DNA from: a virus
Taxonomy: Duplodnaviria > Caudoviricetes
Length of the DNA: 64,000 nt
Strand: one strand, 5' to 3'
Virus record (IMG/VR): IMGVR_UViG_3300033120_000864
Coordinates: 65,808 to 129,807 of that record
The notes below the pieces were generated by a model, which worked only from the letters and a program-made list of their open reading frames with translations, searched no databases and had not been told where the DNA came from. The position numbers and the translations under genes were made by a program. Of the stretch, positions 22,313 to 32,735 are shown in pieces (positions within the stretch are counted from its first letter, which is position 1; each line of letters begins with the position of its first letter).

Positions 22313-25300
22313 TTATGTCTTTGAAAGTGTGTTATTTGAAAAATTAAATTTAAGTATATATTTGTGTAAGGAATCAGATGTATTCATAAGTCTTACTTGG
22401 TTATAATCATTTCTAAGTTGTTTAGTTAAAAAATACTGAGTATAATTAACTGCATTATTGTTAGGAACTTTATAAGGATTATTACAAGTATATACCATTA
22501 GAGGATTTCCTGATTCTTTTGCTACATCTATAATACTATTGAATCTCCAGTTGTTTTCAATATTTGTTACAAGTATATTAGTTGAATATCCATTAACAGC
22601 AGGATAATTTTCCATTTGTGATAAATCATTCTTATCTGTTGGAGTTAAATTAAGAATACCTGTGGTTTGATATTGATTATATACTAAAGCTTTATCAATA
22701 GTTTTATTTTGAACAGCATAGTAATTTAAAGAATCTTGATACCTTAAAACTTCACATTGATATTCTATATAATCTAAAGTACTATTAATTAGTTTATCTT
22801 GAGTAGCATATTCCACAATCCAAGGATATAAGTCTCCATAAAATACCTGATAAGACTTATTTGTTTGTAAGTGATTCCATATTCCTAAATGTTTATCTTT
22901 AGTTGAATAGTTAACACCTGATTGGAAATATGTATTATGAGATATATAATAGTTTGGTTCAAAATCATAAAAACTTATCCATTCACCAAAAGCAGGATTG
23001 TAAGCAATAGTCCAAGATTTATCACAAAAATATCTAGTATCAGATAAATCTATAAGACCTGATACTTCACCTGTATTATTTAAGAAAAATTGACCATTTA
23101 CATAATCAACAAGTCCTTTATATTTTGGAAGAAGTCTATAATCCTTTTTAGTTATAATATATCTATCTAACTTATTATCCCATACAGTTGTTATACCAAT
23201 TCCTTTAAAATTATTATCTATATCTACATTAGGGAAATCTTTAATTATATTAAAAGGAAGATTTTCTCTAAACCAAGATTTAACTTTTGTTTTTTCTCTA
23301 CCTCTTGTAATATCTAATAATTGATTACCGCCTAATTGGAATACTGAAGGATTCTCTGTGTTTATATAGAAGTGACCAAATGGTGTACTTTCAAAAGATT
23401 GATGAGTAGATCCACCAAAACCTAAATCAGATTTGTAATATTCTAATGGTTTTGTTGCAAACATATTACCAACTGTTACTTGTTGTTGTTCTAAAGAAGT
23501 TTCAATTGTTATAAAAGCATTAAACACTTTAGTGCTATTTGTTTGTCTAGCTACAACTTTATCTTGTTCTATACCATTTAAAGCTATCAATGCTCCATCT
23601 TCTAAAGGAAAATCATAATAGTCATTAGCAGAGAAGTTTAACCAGTTTGGTACACCTTTCTGAGAATATACTGCTCTATTAGGATGTTGATTCCAAATAT
23701 AAGAAAGAGAATCTTTATAATCATTTCTTAATGTATAATAAGAATTCTCAGTGTTTTGTTTTGAGTAGTCTATATTATAGAAGAAATAGTTATCATAAGA
23801 AATAGGTATTTTGTACTGTTGAGTCCAATCTACAATATCTCCTACATTAGGATAGAAGTTCTTTTCTTCATAGTTTTCACCATGTCTTAAATTAGAGTTA
23901 TATTCACTTTCGCATATAAAATATGGGATACCATAAAAATATAATGGAAAGTATCCTCTTTGAAAGAATACAGTGTCATTTTGATTTATAGGTACAAATA
24001 CTGGAGGTGTAAAATTAAAGAAAGCTTGAGCACCTGTAGGATCTACTGGAACACTATCAAGATAATATGTAGGAAATCCAACATTACCTAATAAAGAGTA
24101 TTGAACATCTGTATTAGGCTGATAGTTAACTCTATCTTCAATAAACATAGGCATCTTTTTCTTAAGAGCCACTTTACTCAAATAAGTATCACCACCAAAA
24201 ATTGTTTCACAATCATTTCTCTGGTCTTCATCTTTCCAATCTATAACACCACAAAAGCCTGTATCAAGCCACTCTATTTGATCTATAGTACCATATTGAT
24301 CAGGAACATAATTATACAAAGCTCCATAATATGAACCTATATTACTATATATTCCAGCATTTTGCTGATCAGGTGCCAAAGATTTAATATTATTATAAGG
24401 AATAGTTTTACTATTATCACCTGAAAGTGGAACAGATAAAGATCCATTATTAATTATATAATCAATTGGTTGAAAAGCTTTATTAGGCAATAGATTTCCT
24501 GTTGGGTTATAAGCATTAAGAGATACAAATACAGAACTCTCTCTTAAGAAGTTATTAATTCTTAAGCTAGTATTGTTATCTAATATTTGTATATTACCTG
24601 GATTTAAATACAAGGCATTATCCAGCATACTTATCTTCTTATAATTTCCATTTGGAATACTCATAAATCCATTATAATTACCCACTGAAGTGTAATATAT
24701 AGCAGGATTTCTTGGAGTACCAATAGACTTAAATAATTCTACATAATTAGCAGTATATTTACCTTGATTTACAACAAATCCAAAAGCTAAGTTAATAGCA
24801 AACTCAATAAAGAATCCTACTAATGGAGCTGAAGTACCAAAAATTGTAATTGGTGCAGCAGCAGATGCATATTGAGCAGCTTCTAATATGATCTGTAAAG
24901 CAGCTAGAGCCTCTGCAAAAGCATAAGCACCACTGGTTAATAGAATATAAGGAGCATGCTTTTTAAGCTCTGTAAACTCACCTCTGGACACACCATAATG
25001 GATACCATCAAGTTTAAGTGATGAACCTAAATATGGTTTATTATAGCTTGTATCAGGAGAATGAAATGTATATCTAGCATTTTTATATCCTTGATTATTA
25101 TAAGGATGTAAAATATTAGGTCCATTTTTCTTTTGTCTAAGCCATGGATCAGAATTTAAATCATTAAAATTATAAGAAGGATACCATATAGACTCATAAC
25201 TTTGACTTCCAACATCATTTTTTATAGGATCACCATGAGAATTTAATGCTGTACTTTGAAACAAGTCATAAAGAAGTCCTTTAGCAACAATAGATTTATC

Positions 25301-28288
25301 ATTTCTTCTATTACCTCTTTTGATACCATATCCAACAATATTTTGTTTTTCTGCATCAGTTATAAGTCCTTGTGCAACTGCAGCATTTAATATTCTTTTT
25401 ACATCTCTAATATCAAGTTTTATACCAATAGGGTAAACTTTATTTTTAAAGCTATATTGAGAAGGAAGTGCTGAACTAAGTCTATCATTAGGATCATATA
25501 TTTTGTTCATATATGGAGATACCACATTATCTGGAAACTTATAATGTCTTATTTGTTTACCACAAAGTTCTCCCCATATGTCAGGATTATTTGGATATCT
25601 TTCACTAGATTCCCAATATGCAAAATCTCCATACTTATATGTTTGTATTAAACATCCACTATCTACAGGAACTTTTACAGGAGTTGTTGTTAAACTCTTA
25701 TAAGTACATTCAAATTCATATTCTCCTGGAATATCTTTAGTGATAGATCCAATAGGACTAGGAGTAGTTACACACACTGTTGCAAAAGACCAATGAGCAT
25801 CACCAGGATTATTCAATTGATACATTGTCAAAAGTGTAGGGTCTGGTGTAAATAATCTAAAGTAGTATGTACTACCAACTGTAAGACCAATATCACCATT
25901 AGCTATGTCTCCTGCTAACATATATAAACCTGAGTTTACATCTCCAGGAGCTGTACATTTAATAGGAGAGGAACTAGTTAAACAATTTTCAAATAACTCC
26001 ATTGATATTTTAGCAGATGGAAATGGTCCTGCAGCTTCAAAACCATTAAATCCAATTCTAATAGCATGAGTTGTAGAAGTAGCAATAAATGAATACCATA
26101 CTTGATTATCTGTATAACAGTTTGCAAATCCTTGACAAGATTGACAAGTTCCTGTTGGAACATATAATTGAGTAGGTGTTACTACTCTTGCTAAGTAAGC
26201 ATAATCATTAGGTTGATGTGTTGCATAGTTTACAGCACACGCACCTGTAGTAGAAGCACCAATTTGTATAGCACTTCCACAGTCTTTATTTGTAGGAATA
26301 AAATCATTTGTATCTGTACAACCAGCAGTACCAGGTGGACATACACTAGTTACACTATCACCAAATGGACCAGGTTGTCCTGATGGATTTGGATAATAAG
26401 GCATTGGTACAGGTATACTCTGAGTATATGTATTTACAACAGCATTTAACTTAGGTTCTTGTAAAGTTATAAAGTGATAATTATCAGCTATTGTTTCATA
26501 TCCAGCTGGTACATCACATGCACAACTAGTAAATGGTGTACCATCCTCATTAAAAAAGTCTGTGTGAGAATTAGGAGCTGTAGGTGGTTGATTTGGAAAA
26601 TTATCTGGTATATAATATACCACTGCACCAGAAGGTTCATCTACTTTAAAATAAACATATCCTGATACATATCCATTTACATCTCCAGATGGAGCATTAG
26701 TATATAATGGACTAGTACATGTAAAATAAGTAAATAGATCAATAGTTTGTGATCCACCAGCTATATAATTACAATCAGCTATTCCTTGTTCTTGTGCAGT
26801 ATTATATACTTCCCACAGTTGATTTATTGTTGTTCCACTACATCCTGTAGACTTAATTTCATTACCATCTGTAATAGTAGTATATACATCTAATGGAGCT
26901 GTACCACCATTTGTGATGACATCTTCCATTTGATAATTTATAGAGTAATATGCATCATCATTATTAGATAATAAGAAATCTGCTGTGTTATATCCTCCTT
27001 TTAACTTAAAATAAATAGAAAAAGGATATACTTCATCTCTTAAATAAGAAGTGTAATTAGCAGAATTAATTCCATTTGCATAGAAATTTTCATCTACCTC
27101 AATACTTTGCCATTTAAGTTTTAAGTTATTTACTACAGGTTGTAGATTGAGTTGTCTTTGTTCTTCAAGTCCATAAAAGAATAAAAAGTCATTTGCTTTA
27201 GTTATACCTTTAGCTTTATTATATAAAGGTCTTCTTCTTAAGATATCATCAATATTGAGTCTAGCTTCATCATCATAAGCATTTCCAGAATAAGTGCTAA
27301 CATAAGTATCACTATTAATAAAGAAAGTTCCTATAAGGAATGGTGAAGTAGTGTTATTCACTGTAATTAATACAGCAATATTTATATAGTTATATAACTT
27401 ACTATCAAGATTAGATACCTTATATTTTATAGCATTACCTGTTACGTAGTCTGTATTAGTAGTGATTACATGCATCAAGTCTGATATAGACACAGGATTA
27501 CTAATGATGGAATAGTCAGAGAGAACTACTCCAATATCATTAGCATAAGCTACAGCAAATTGATATGTACCAGCTTTTAAACTACCTCCTAACACTATAT
27601 CAGTAGAAGTAACACAAGGTGGTCCATATGGTTCATTTACCATTATTTTATTGCAATCAAGCTCTTCTGTAAAGATTGGAGTATTGCAATTATTCTTATC
27701 CACTATATAAGGTATATAAGGAATATTATTAGTGTTAATATACCTAAGTGGATTTAAATTATCTGTGAAGTAAATAGTGAATGCACTATTATCTGCAAGA
27801 TTGTTATTTGGATCAAATCCAATACTATATTGAGCTCTTATAGGATTATCTATACTAAAGTTTAAACATTTAGCATTTATAATTGTAACATAGTTACACA
27901 GAGGATATTGTACAGATATTTCCAATGGGTCTGATTCTACTAAAGCATTATTACATTCAGCACAATACACCATACTATCTGACTCATCATCAAAATAAGT
28001 ATTTTTAATATATCCTATTTCAGAATCTCCTGTTGTAGGATTTACTAAAAAGAATATAGTTCTATTCTGAGGAGCTACAGGAAGCACACCAATAACTTTA
28101 TATCCCTCTTTAAAAGTGGAACATAATAGATTACTTGGCTCATTAGTGACTTTAGCTACAGATCCATCTGCTGACTGGACATTACCATTCACCATTAGAG
28201 AAAACTCTTGAGGTTGTAGTTCACTAGGATGAGTATCTATGTTCATCCCTGTTTTTAAAGAATTGACGTAAGTTTCCTGACTAGCCAT
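22313..28288 (-). CDS. Large tail stabilisation/muzzle-type protein
   Basis: 1991 aa, beta-rich. GMNID N-terminus, GTYQFAVAY, YLRDEVYPF and IFGGDTY motifs, plus position after ring/IHF genes, match the crAss-like tail muzzle gene. Confidence 0.7.
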   Translation of the reverse strand: MASQETYVNSLKTGMNIDTHPSELQPQEFSLMVNGNVQSADGSVAKVTNEPSNLLCSTFKEGYKVIGVLPVAPQNRTIFFLVNPTTGDSEIGYIKNTYFDDESDSMVYCAECNNALVESDPLEISVQYPLCNYVTIINAKCLNFSIDNPIRAQYSIGFDPNNNLADNSAFTIYFTDNLNPLRYINTNNIPYIPYIVDKNNCNTPIFTEELDCNKIMVNEPYGPPCVTSTDIVLGGSLKAGTYQFAVAYANDIGVVLSDYSIISNPVSISDLMHVITTNTDYVTGNAIKYKVSNLDSKLYNYINIAVLITVNNTTSPFLIGTFFINSDTYVSTYSGNAYDDEARLNIDDILRRRPLYNKAKGITKANDFLFFYGLEEQRQLNLQPVVNNLKLKWQSIEVDENFYANGINSANYTSYLRDEVYPFSIYFKLKGGYNTADFLLSNNDDAYYSINYQMEDVITNGGTAPLDVYTTITDGNEIKSTGCSGTTINQLWEVYNTAQEQGIADCNYIAGGSQTIDLFTYFTCTSPLYTNAPSGDVNGYVSGYVYFKVDEPSGAVVYYIPDNFPNQPPTAPNSHTDFFNEDGTPFTSCACDVPAGYETIADNYHFITLQEPKLNAVVNTYTQSIPVPMPYYPNPSGQPGPFGDSVTSVCPPGTAGCTDTNDFIPTNKDCGSAIQIGASTTGACAVNYATHQPNDYAYLARVVTPTQLYVPTGTCQSCQGFANCYTDNQVWYSFIATSTTHAIRIGFNGFEAAGPFPSAKISMELFENCLTSSSPIKCTAPGDVNSGLYMLAGDIANGDIGLTVGSTYYFRLFTPDPTLLTMYQLNNPGDAHWSFATVCVTTPSPIGSITKDIPGEYEFECTYKSLTTTPVKVPVDSGCLIQTYKYGDFAYWESSERYPNNPDIWGELCGKQIRHYKFPDNVVSPYMNKIYDPNDRLSSALPSQYSFKNKVYPIGIKLDIRDVKRILNAAVAQGLITDAEKQNIVGYGIKRGNRRNDKSIVAKGLLYDLFQSTALNSHGDPIKNDVGSQSYESIWYPSYNFNDLNSDPWLRQKKNGPNILHPYNNQGYKNARYTFHSPDTSYNKPYLGSSLKLDGIHYGVSRGEFTELKKHAPYILLTSGAYAFAEALAALQIILEAAQYASAAAPITIFGTSAPLVGFFIEFAINLAFGFVVNQGKYTANYVELFKSIGTPRNPAIYYTSVGNYNGFMSIPNGNYKKISMLDNALYLNPGNIQILDNNTSLRINNFLRESSVFVSLNAYNPTGNLLPNKAFQPIDYIINNGSLSVPLSGDNSKTIPYNNIKSLAPDQQNAGIYSNIGSYYGALYNYVPDQYGTIDQIEWLDTGFCGVIDWKDEDQRNDCETIFGGDTYLSKVALKKKMPMFIEDRVNYQPNTDVQYSLLGNVGFPTYYLDSVPVDPTGAQAFFNFTPPVFVPINQNDTVFFQRGYFPLYFYGIPYFICESEYNSNLRHGENYEEKNFYPNVGDIVDWTQQYKIPISYDNYFFYNIDYSKQNTENSYYTLRNDYKDSLSYIWNQHPNRAVYSQKGVPNWLNFSANDYYDFPLEDGALIALNGIEQDKVVARQTNSTKVFNAFITIETSLEQQQVTVGNMFATKPLEYYKSDLGFGGSTHQSFESTPFGHFYINTENPSVFQLGGNQLLDITRGREKTKVKSWFRENLPFNIIKDFPNVDIDNNFKGIGITTVWDNKLDRYIITKKDYRLLPKYKGLVDYVNGQFFLNNTGEVSGLIDLSDTRYFCDKSWTIAYNPAFGEWISFYDFEPNYYISHNTYFQSGVNYSTKDKHLGIWNHLQTNKSYQVFYGDLYPWIVEYATQDKLINSTLDYIEYQCEVLRYQDSLNYYAVQNKTIDKALVYNQYQTTGILNLTPTDKNDLSQMENYPAVNGYSTNILVTNIENNWRFNSIIDVAKESGNPLMVYTCNNPYKVPNNNAVNYTQYFLTKQLRNDYNQVRLMNTSDSLHKYILKFNFSNNTLSKT

Positions 28289-28293
28289 TTATA

Positions 28294-29223
28294 TTAATTA
28301 TGTATTGTATTTATGATTTCAAATGATTTATACTTTTTCCTACTTCTTTCTGCATTTTCTACCATTTTAGCATAAGAAGGAAGTACTGAAAGATAATGAG
28401 CTTCTGCCATAGATTCTCTTGATTTCTCAGCCCAGTATTTAATCTTATTCTCTACATTAACATCTTGTGAATCTGTCCAAATAGACTCAAAGAAAAAGAA
28501 TGTTAAATAGTCTTGTAAAGCTTTCTCTAAAATTGGGTGATCTGGTGTAAGAGGAAGTTTTGTTTCTGGATCTATTGGACTAGCATAGTATTTAACGTAT
28601 ATAAGAGGATTTTTTAAATTAGAAAACAAATAGAATGTAGATCCTTGTTTTCTTATACTAATATCATCATGTCCACCTCCTCTATAATTTTTGCAATGTT
28701 TACTGCAATATTGATATGTAACTTTATTTCCAAGTCTGAGAAGATGAGGAGAGAAATGATATTCTCTATTCCAATTTTCCCAAGAGTTACCCATTATATA
28801 TTCTTTAATAGTGACTTTATTGATAATGTCTCCTTGTGTACATCCATTAATATATATACCATTAGTAAGTCCTTGACATGGTTGATTTATAGTTTCACAT
28901 TCTCTGTGATTGTAAATTACAGCTTTAGATTGAAATTCTTTCCATGGAAACTCACACCCTTCTTCTATATTTCTATGGTTGTGGTGACAAAGCCATGCTG
29001 AGTCTAATAAGTAAAAATCACAAGGAAGTTCTCCCTTATGATCCTTAAGTACTACTAGAGCATCTTTTTCTTCATAAACTGCCAGATTCATTTGGCTATT
29101 AAACCAATTTATTTGGTCATAGAATTTACCTGTATCTAAAAGACCATTAGCCATATATCCTGCTAATCTATCTTCTAAAACAGAAATAAGTCTGTCACAT
29201 GGAATAAGGTTAAAATCTGCCAT
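28294..29223 (-). CDS. Putative tail ring/tubular protein
   Basis: 309 aa; GELPCDFY and YYASPIDPETKLPLTPD motifs; syntenic position upstream of the muzzle gene. Confidence 0.55.
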   Translation of the reverse strand: MADFNLIPCDRLISVLEDRLAGYMANGLLDTGKFYDQINWFNSQMNLAVYEEKDALVVLKDHKGELPCDFYLLDSAWLCHHNHRNIEEGCEFPWKEFQSKAVIYNHRECETINQPCQGLTNGIYINGCTQGDIINKVTIKEYIMGNSWENWNREYHFSPHLLRLGNKVTYQYCSKHCKNYRGGGHDDISIRKQGSTFYLFSNLKNPLIYVKYYASPIDPETKLPLTPDHPILEKALQDYLTFFFFESIWTDSQDVNVENKIKYWAEKSRESMAEAHYLSVLPSYAKMVENAERSRKKYKSFEIINTIHN

Positions 29224-29783
29224 TATATTTCTGGATTTACTTTGCTACTATAAAAATCTTCAAAGGTAAAACTATCATATTGTTTACCTCTTTTCACTTG
29301 TTCTACTAATTTATTCTTAAGGCTCTTAGCCACTTCAAATCTATATACATCTGCCTTCTTAGAGCTACAATTCTTTCTATTAAACCACATTATCCTATAA
29401 TAATTCATATAGTGATTTAAATTCAAATAACGTGCTTGTCTTTCATATTTAGTTAAGATTCTCTTTTTAAGAAACTCTGGAAGACTTGAGGCTTTAATTT
29501 TTTCTATTATATCTTCTTTATCTGGATTTAAAGCTAAAGGAAGATATTTACTAACTGAAAGATATCCCATGTTCTTATACATCTTAAATCCATCAGCATT
29601 ATCTATCATCCAATTACCTATTTCAAGGTTGGACATTTTAATTACTTTATATATATCTTGATTAGAAAGTTGTCTTTTAGTTAGGTTTAACTTAGCTCTT
29701 ATCTTCTTGCATAAGTCATTACTAAAAACATTTGTTTTATTTCCAAATCTTAATACACCTTTTTTAGTGACTATTTTTTGCAT
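29223..29783 (-). CDS. IHF/HU-like basic protein
   Basis: Basic 186-aa protein with FKMYKNMGYLSV strand; crAss-like phages carry IHF-like genes at this position. Confidence 0.45.
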   Translation of the reverse strand: MQKIVTKKGVLRFGNKTNVFSNDLCKKIRAKLNLTKRQLSNQDIYKVIKMSNLEIGNWMIDNADGFKMYKNMGYLSVSKYLPLALNPDKEDIIEKIKASSLPEFLKKRILTKYERQARYLNLNHYMNYYRIMWFNRKNCSSKKADVYRFEVAKSLKNKLVEQVKRGKQYDSFTFEDFYSSKVNPEI

Positions 29784-30492
29784 TATCTGTTCCTCGTTGT
29801 TTTTCTAAACCATCAATATTTGGAAATTGATCTGGTTGTATTTGCAGATATACTTCTCTAAGTTGTTTTATAATCTCTTGTTTTACAGAGTTATATAGAT
29901 AATCAGGACAGACAAACTCAAAGTCTAATGGAGAAGGAATACATTCTGGTATATCACAATCTTCACAATTATTAAGAGTAACTTGAGCTACTTCCCAAGG
30001 CTTTTTGAAATAAGCATTTATTCTAATAACTTCTACGTTAGAATCAGGGATATAAATATATCCATTTATAAAGAAATAATACTTCTTTCTATAGTCTACA
30101 AACTGTCTATTCATGATAGCAGTGTATTGTCTAGCAGAAATAGGATCATAAAACTGTCCCATATTCACTGAAGCAACATGTTGTATTAGATTTCCATATC
30201 TGGTACTATATGTCTCTGGTACCTTATCTACAGTTCTCATAAGTCTCTTACACACATAGTGGTTGAGTTCTGGACATGTAGTGATGGGTACTTCCATCAT
30301 ATTCATACATTCAATTTCATTCCACCCTTCAGAAAGCTTATATATCCTTCTAGAGTCATTTTCTTTCTTTATAAAGTCTCCTGCTATGTCTATAGCTTTT
30401 TGTACTATAAATTGAGGACTTATATAGTCATCAATATTTAAAGCCTTCAAGTCATTCCATATGCTACTAACAAGTTGTCTGTTATCTGTCAT
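29764..30492 (-). CDS. Putative tail ring protein
   Basis: 242 aa; YYFFINGYIYI and PLDFEFVCP motifs; structural-module context. Confidence 0.55.
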   Translation of the reverse strand: MTDNRQLVSSIWNDLKALNIDDYISPQFIVQKAIDIAGDFIKKENDSRRIYKLSEGWNEIECMNMMEVPITTCPELNHYVCKRLMRTVDKVPETYSTRYGNLIQHVASVNMGQFYDPISARQYTAIMNRQFVDYRKKYYFFINGYIYIPDSNVEVIRINAYFKKPWEVAQVTLNNCEDCDIPECIPSPLDFEFVCPDYLYNSVKQEIIKQLREVYLQIQPDQFPNIDGLEKQRGTDNAKNSH

Positions 30493-30498
30493 AATCTA

Positions 30499-30530
30499 CA
30501 AATATAATAATTTTTATTTAAAATTCCAAA
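30499..30530 (-). promoter_or_regulatory. Bacteroidota-type promoter TTTG-N20-TATATTTG
   Basis: Exact -33/-7 consensus. The ATG at 30492 is only 6 nt downstream of the -7 box, implying a near-leaderless mRNA. Confidence 0.75.
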
Positions 30531-30563
30531 TGTTTAATCAAATTAGGTTATTTTGGTGATAAT

Positions 30564-30595
30564 AAAAAAGCCCCTACCCATTGCTGAGAGGAGCC
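30564..30595 (-). terminator. Rho-independent terminator
   Basis: Minus strand GCTCCT...AGGGGC stem followed by a T-run, just after the ORF ending at 30605. Confidence 0.6.
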
Positions 30596-30604
30596 TTTTC
30601 TAGG

Positions 30605-30976
30605 TTAGTTTAAATATTCCAGAGAAGAATTCAGCAAAACTATGTTTACAGTTCCTAAAATGTCTTCTGTCATATCTATAAGAAATGTATCTTTCTGATC
30701 CTCAGCCCATTCTAAAAGGTCTTCTAAGAAGCTTCCTAGTGTTTCAAGGAGTCTTTTGTTGCTTAAATCATCTGATGTTTCTGCAGTTATGGTTTCTGGT
30801 GTATATTCATATTGTCTTACTAAATGTTCAGGGATAGCTTCACTATAATATACTAGTTTGTTATATAGGGTATCCAAGTATTCTCTTTCAGATTCTCTTT
30901 GTGTTAATTCCATGTTACATAGGAGTTGCTCTGGAAACACTACAAATCCTATAAAAAATTCTTCTAATTTGTTCAT
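30605..30976 (-). CDS. Acidic helical protein, possible divergent ferritin-like paralog
   Basis: 123 aa; spacing of YLDTLYNKL...E and LIDMTEDILGTVN resembles the 21391-21792 protein. Confidence 0.4.
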   Translation of the reverse strand: MNKLEEFFIGFVVFPEQLLCNMELTQRESEREYLDTLYNKLVYYSEAIPEHLVRQYEYTPETITAETSDDLSNKRLLETLGSFLEDLLEWAEDQKDTFLIDMTEDILGTVNIVLLNSSLEYLN

Positions 30977-31170
30977 TTTGTTATTGTTACACTCTGATAG
31001 TTATCCTTTTCAATATCTTTAGCAAGTTTAATTGCCATAAGATCTGTGTAATTTCCTGTTACTCTCAATACTCTTCTAGAATTATCTTTACAAAGTATTG
31101 TAATTGTTGTAATTATCATTTTTTTAGCTTCTAAATCTTCTTGTTGGTGTAAATTCTTGTAGTTTTTCAT
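30973..31170 (-). CDS. Small hypothetical protein (true start may be the internal Met, MIITT)
   Basis: ORF track; stop overlaps the next start (ATGA). Confidence 0.4.
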   Translation of the reverse strand: MKNYKNLHQQEDLEAKKMIITTITILCKDNSRRVLRVTGNYTDLMAIKLAKDIEKDNYQSVTITK

Positions 31171-31897
31171 ACACCTTTTTCAAAATTAAAACATCATTTT
31201 CACAGTAGCTAATCATCTTATTTAAGGCTTCTGTGTTATTATTCAATACCACTTCTTTCCATAAATCAATTCCTCCTGTTTCTGTTTTCTTTCCTACTCC
31301 AAGGAATTGGGCTAAGTAATCTAATTTATTACTATTGAATTTAAAGTTAGTTCTTGCTATCTTTAGTGTATCAAGAGTATTCAACTTATGTGGGAACTGT
31401 ATACCATGGTAGATAAATCTAGTTCTTAAGTGTTTAATATCAAATGCATCTGAGTTGTGTCCTACAACTATATCAGCTTGTTCTATTACTTTAGCGAACT
31501 CATTAAGCATTTTAGTTTCATTACCTTTGTGCCATGCTAGAGTATAAACTTTATCTTCATTTTCCCATGAATAAGAGATACATATAATCTTTCTTTCTTC
31601 AAGAATATTATCTGGTGTAAGTCTAATTTTTGGACCAATACCCCAAGAATACACTATGTTAAAAGAAGTTTCTATATCTATAAAAAGTTTCTTTTTAGGA
31701 GTGTCTTTATCTAAGATGTTCTCATCATTAAGAGCTCTTATCTTTCTAAATCTTCCTCTGATATACTCAGAACTCAATCCTTCTCCTATTTTATTACTTA
31801 TGCTTCTCCATTTAAAACTTTTGTTAGTGACTCTGTCATTTTCAATTTCTAAATAGTGTTGCTGTAGGTAATTATCTACTTTTTGTTTTAATGTCAT
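31124..31897 (-). CDS. DEDD-family 3'-5' exonuclease (RNase H-like)
   Basis: ExoI FIDIETS, ExoII VVGHNSDAFDI, ExoIII YCENDV. Confidence 0.85.
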   Translation of the reverse strand: MTLKQKVDNYLQQHYLEIENDRVTNKSFKWRSISNKIGEGLSSEYIRGRFRKIRALNDENILDKDTPKKKLFIDIETSFNIVYSWGIGPKIRLTPDNILEERKIICISYSWENEDKVYTLAWHKGNETKMLNEFAKVIEQADIVVGHNSDAFDIKHLRTRFIYHGIQFPHKLNTLDTLKIARTNFKFNSNKLDYLAQFLGVGKKTETGGIDLWKEVVLNNNTEALNKMISYCENDVLILKKVYEKLQEFTPTRRFRS

Positions 31898-32220
31898 AAT
31901 AGTCTTATATTATTTTTCAAATCTGTGCAGAAGTAAAGAGTTTCCTCTTCTACATCTACTTGTTCAATTGTTGGAAAACATATCTCTTTTAATTGAGCAC
32001 CATGTCTTAGTGATAGATTAAAGATTTCTCTTTGATATTCTAGAAACTCTTCTAATGTAAATACTACGTCATAATCCTCTAAGTTAAAAAAGATAAGTGT
32101 TAGATCTTTATTTTCTATCCCATTTTGAGCCCAAAGGAATTCTAATTCATAATATGAAAAATTTATTTTGCTTTCTGAATTAGAAGGACCTGGAATATTG
32201 TTAATTTCTTCTCTAATCAT
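31894..32220 (-). CDS. Hypothetical acidic protein
   Basis: 108 aa, overlaps both neighbouring genes. Confidence 0.55.
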   Translation of the reverse strand: MIREEINNIPGPSNSESKINFSYYELEFLWAQNGIENKDLTLIFFNLEDYDVVFTLEEFLEYQREIFNLSLRHGAQLKEICFPTIEQVDVEEETLYFCTDLKNNIRLL

Positions 32221-32653
32221 TTTCTTTTAAATAGTTTAAAGCTTTTGTTAATCCTTCTATATTATCTCCTAGTTTACCAAGTCCAGTATTACATTGTGTA
32301 CAAAGAAGACCTCTAACTTTGTTGGTAATATGATTATGATCTACATTAAGTTTTCTTTTAAAATTGCTAATATGTCTTTTACATATAGCGCAAGAAAATT
32401 CTTGTTTCTTTAGTAAATTATCATAATCTTCTTTTGATATGTTATATCTCCAATCTAGTATATACTCTTCTCTTTTTTCTGAGTTTATATATTTTCCTTT
32501 ATATTTATCATGTTTTCCTAAAGCTCTTTCTTTTTTAGTTCTTTCTCTTTGTAATTTTTTATTACAATCTTTGCATTGATTTCCTTTTTCAGGATAACAA
32601 AAATCTTCTTTTGTTTTTTCTAAAGAACAATATTTACAAACTCTAGTATTCAT
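32213..32653 (-). CDS. Endonuclease VII-like HNH nuclease (probable homing endonuclease)
   Basis: CAIC...VDHNHITNKVRGLLCTQCNTGLG signature; N-terminal CxxC...CxxC. Confidence 0.85.
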   Translation of the reverse strand: MNTRVCKYCSLEKTKEDFCYPEKGNQCKDCNKKLQRERTKKERALGKHDKYKGKYINSEKREEYILDWRYNISKEDYDNLLKKQEFSCAICKRHISNFKRKLNVDHNHITNKVRGLLCTQCNTGLGKLGDNIEGLTKALNYLKEND

Positions 32654-32670
32654 ATATAAATCTTATACTA

Positions 32671-32702
32671 CAAAGATAAACAAAATAATTGACAATTCCA
32701 AA
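32671..32702 (-). promoter_or_regulatory. Bacteroidota-type promoter TTTG-N20-TATCTTTG
   Basis: Exact -33/-7 consensus, 17 nt upstream of the HNH start codon. Confidence 0.75.
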
Positions 32703-32735
32703 TATTATATTCTGTTTAACAGATGTTAACTTGGT

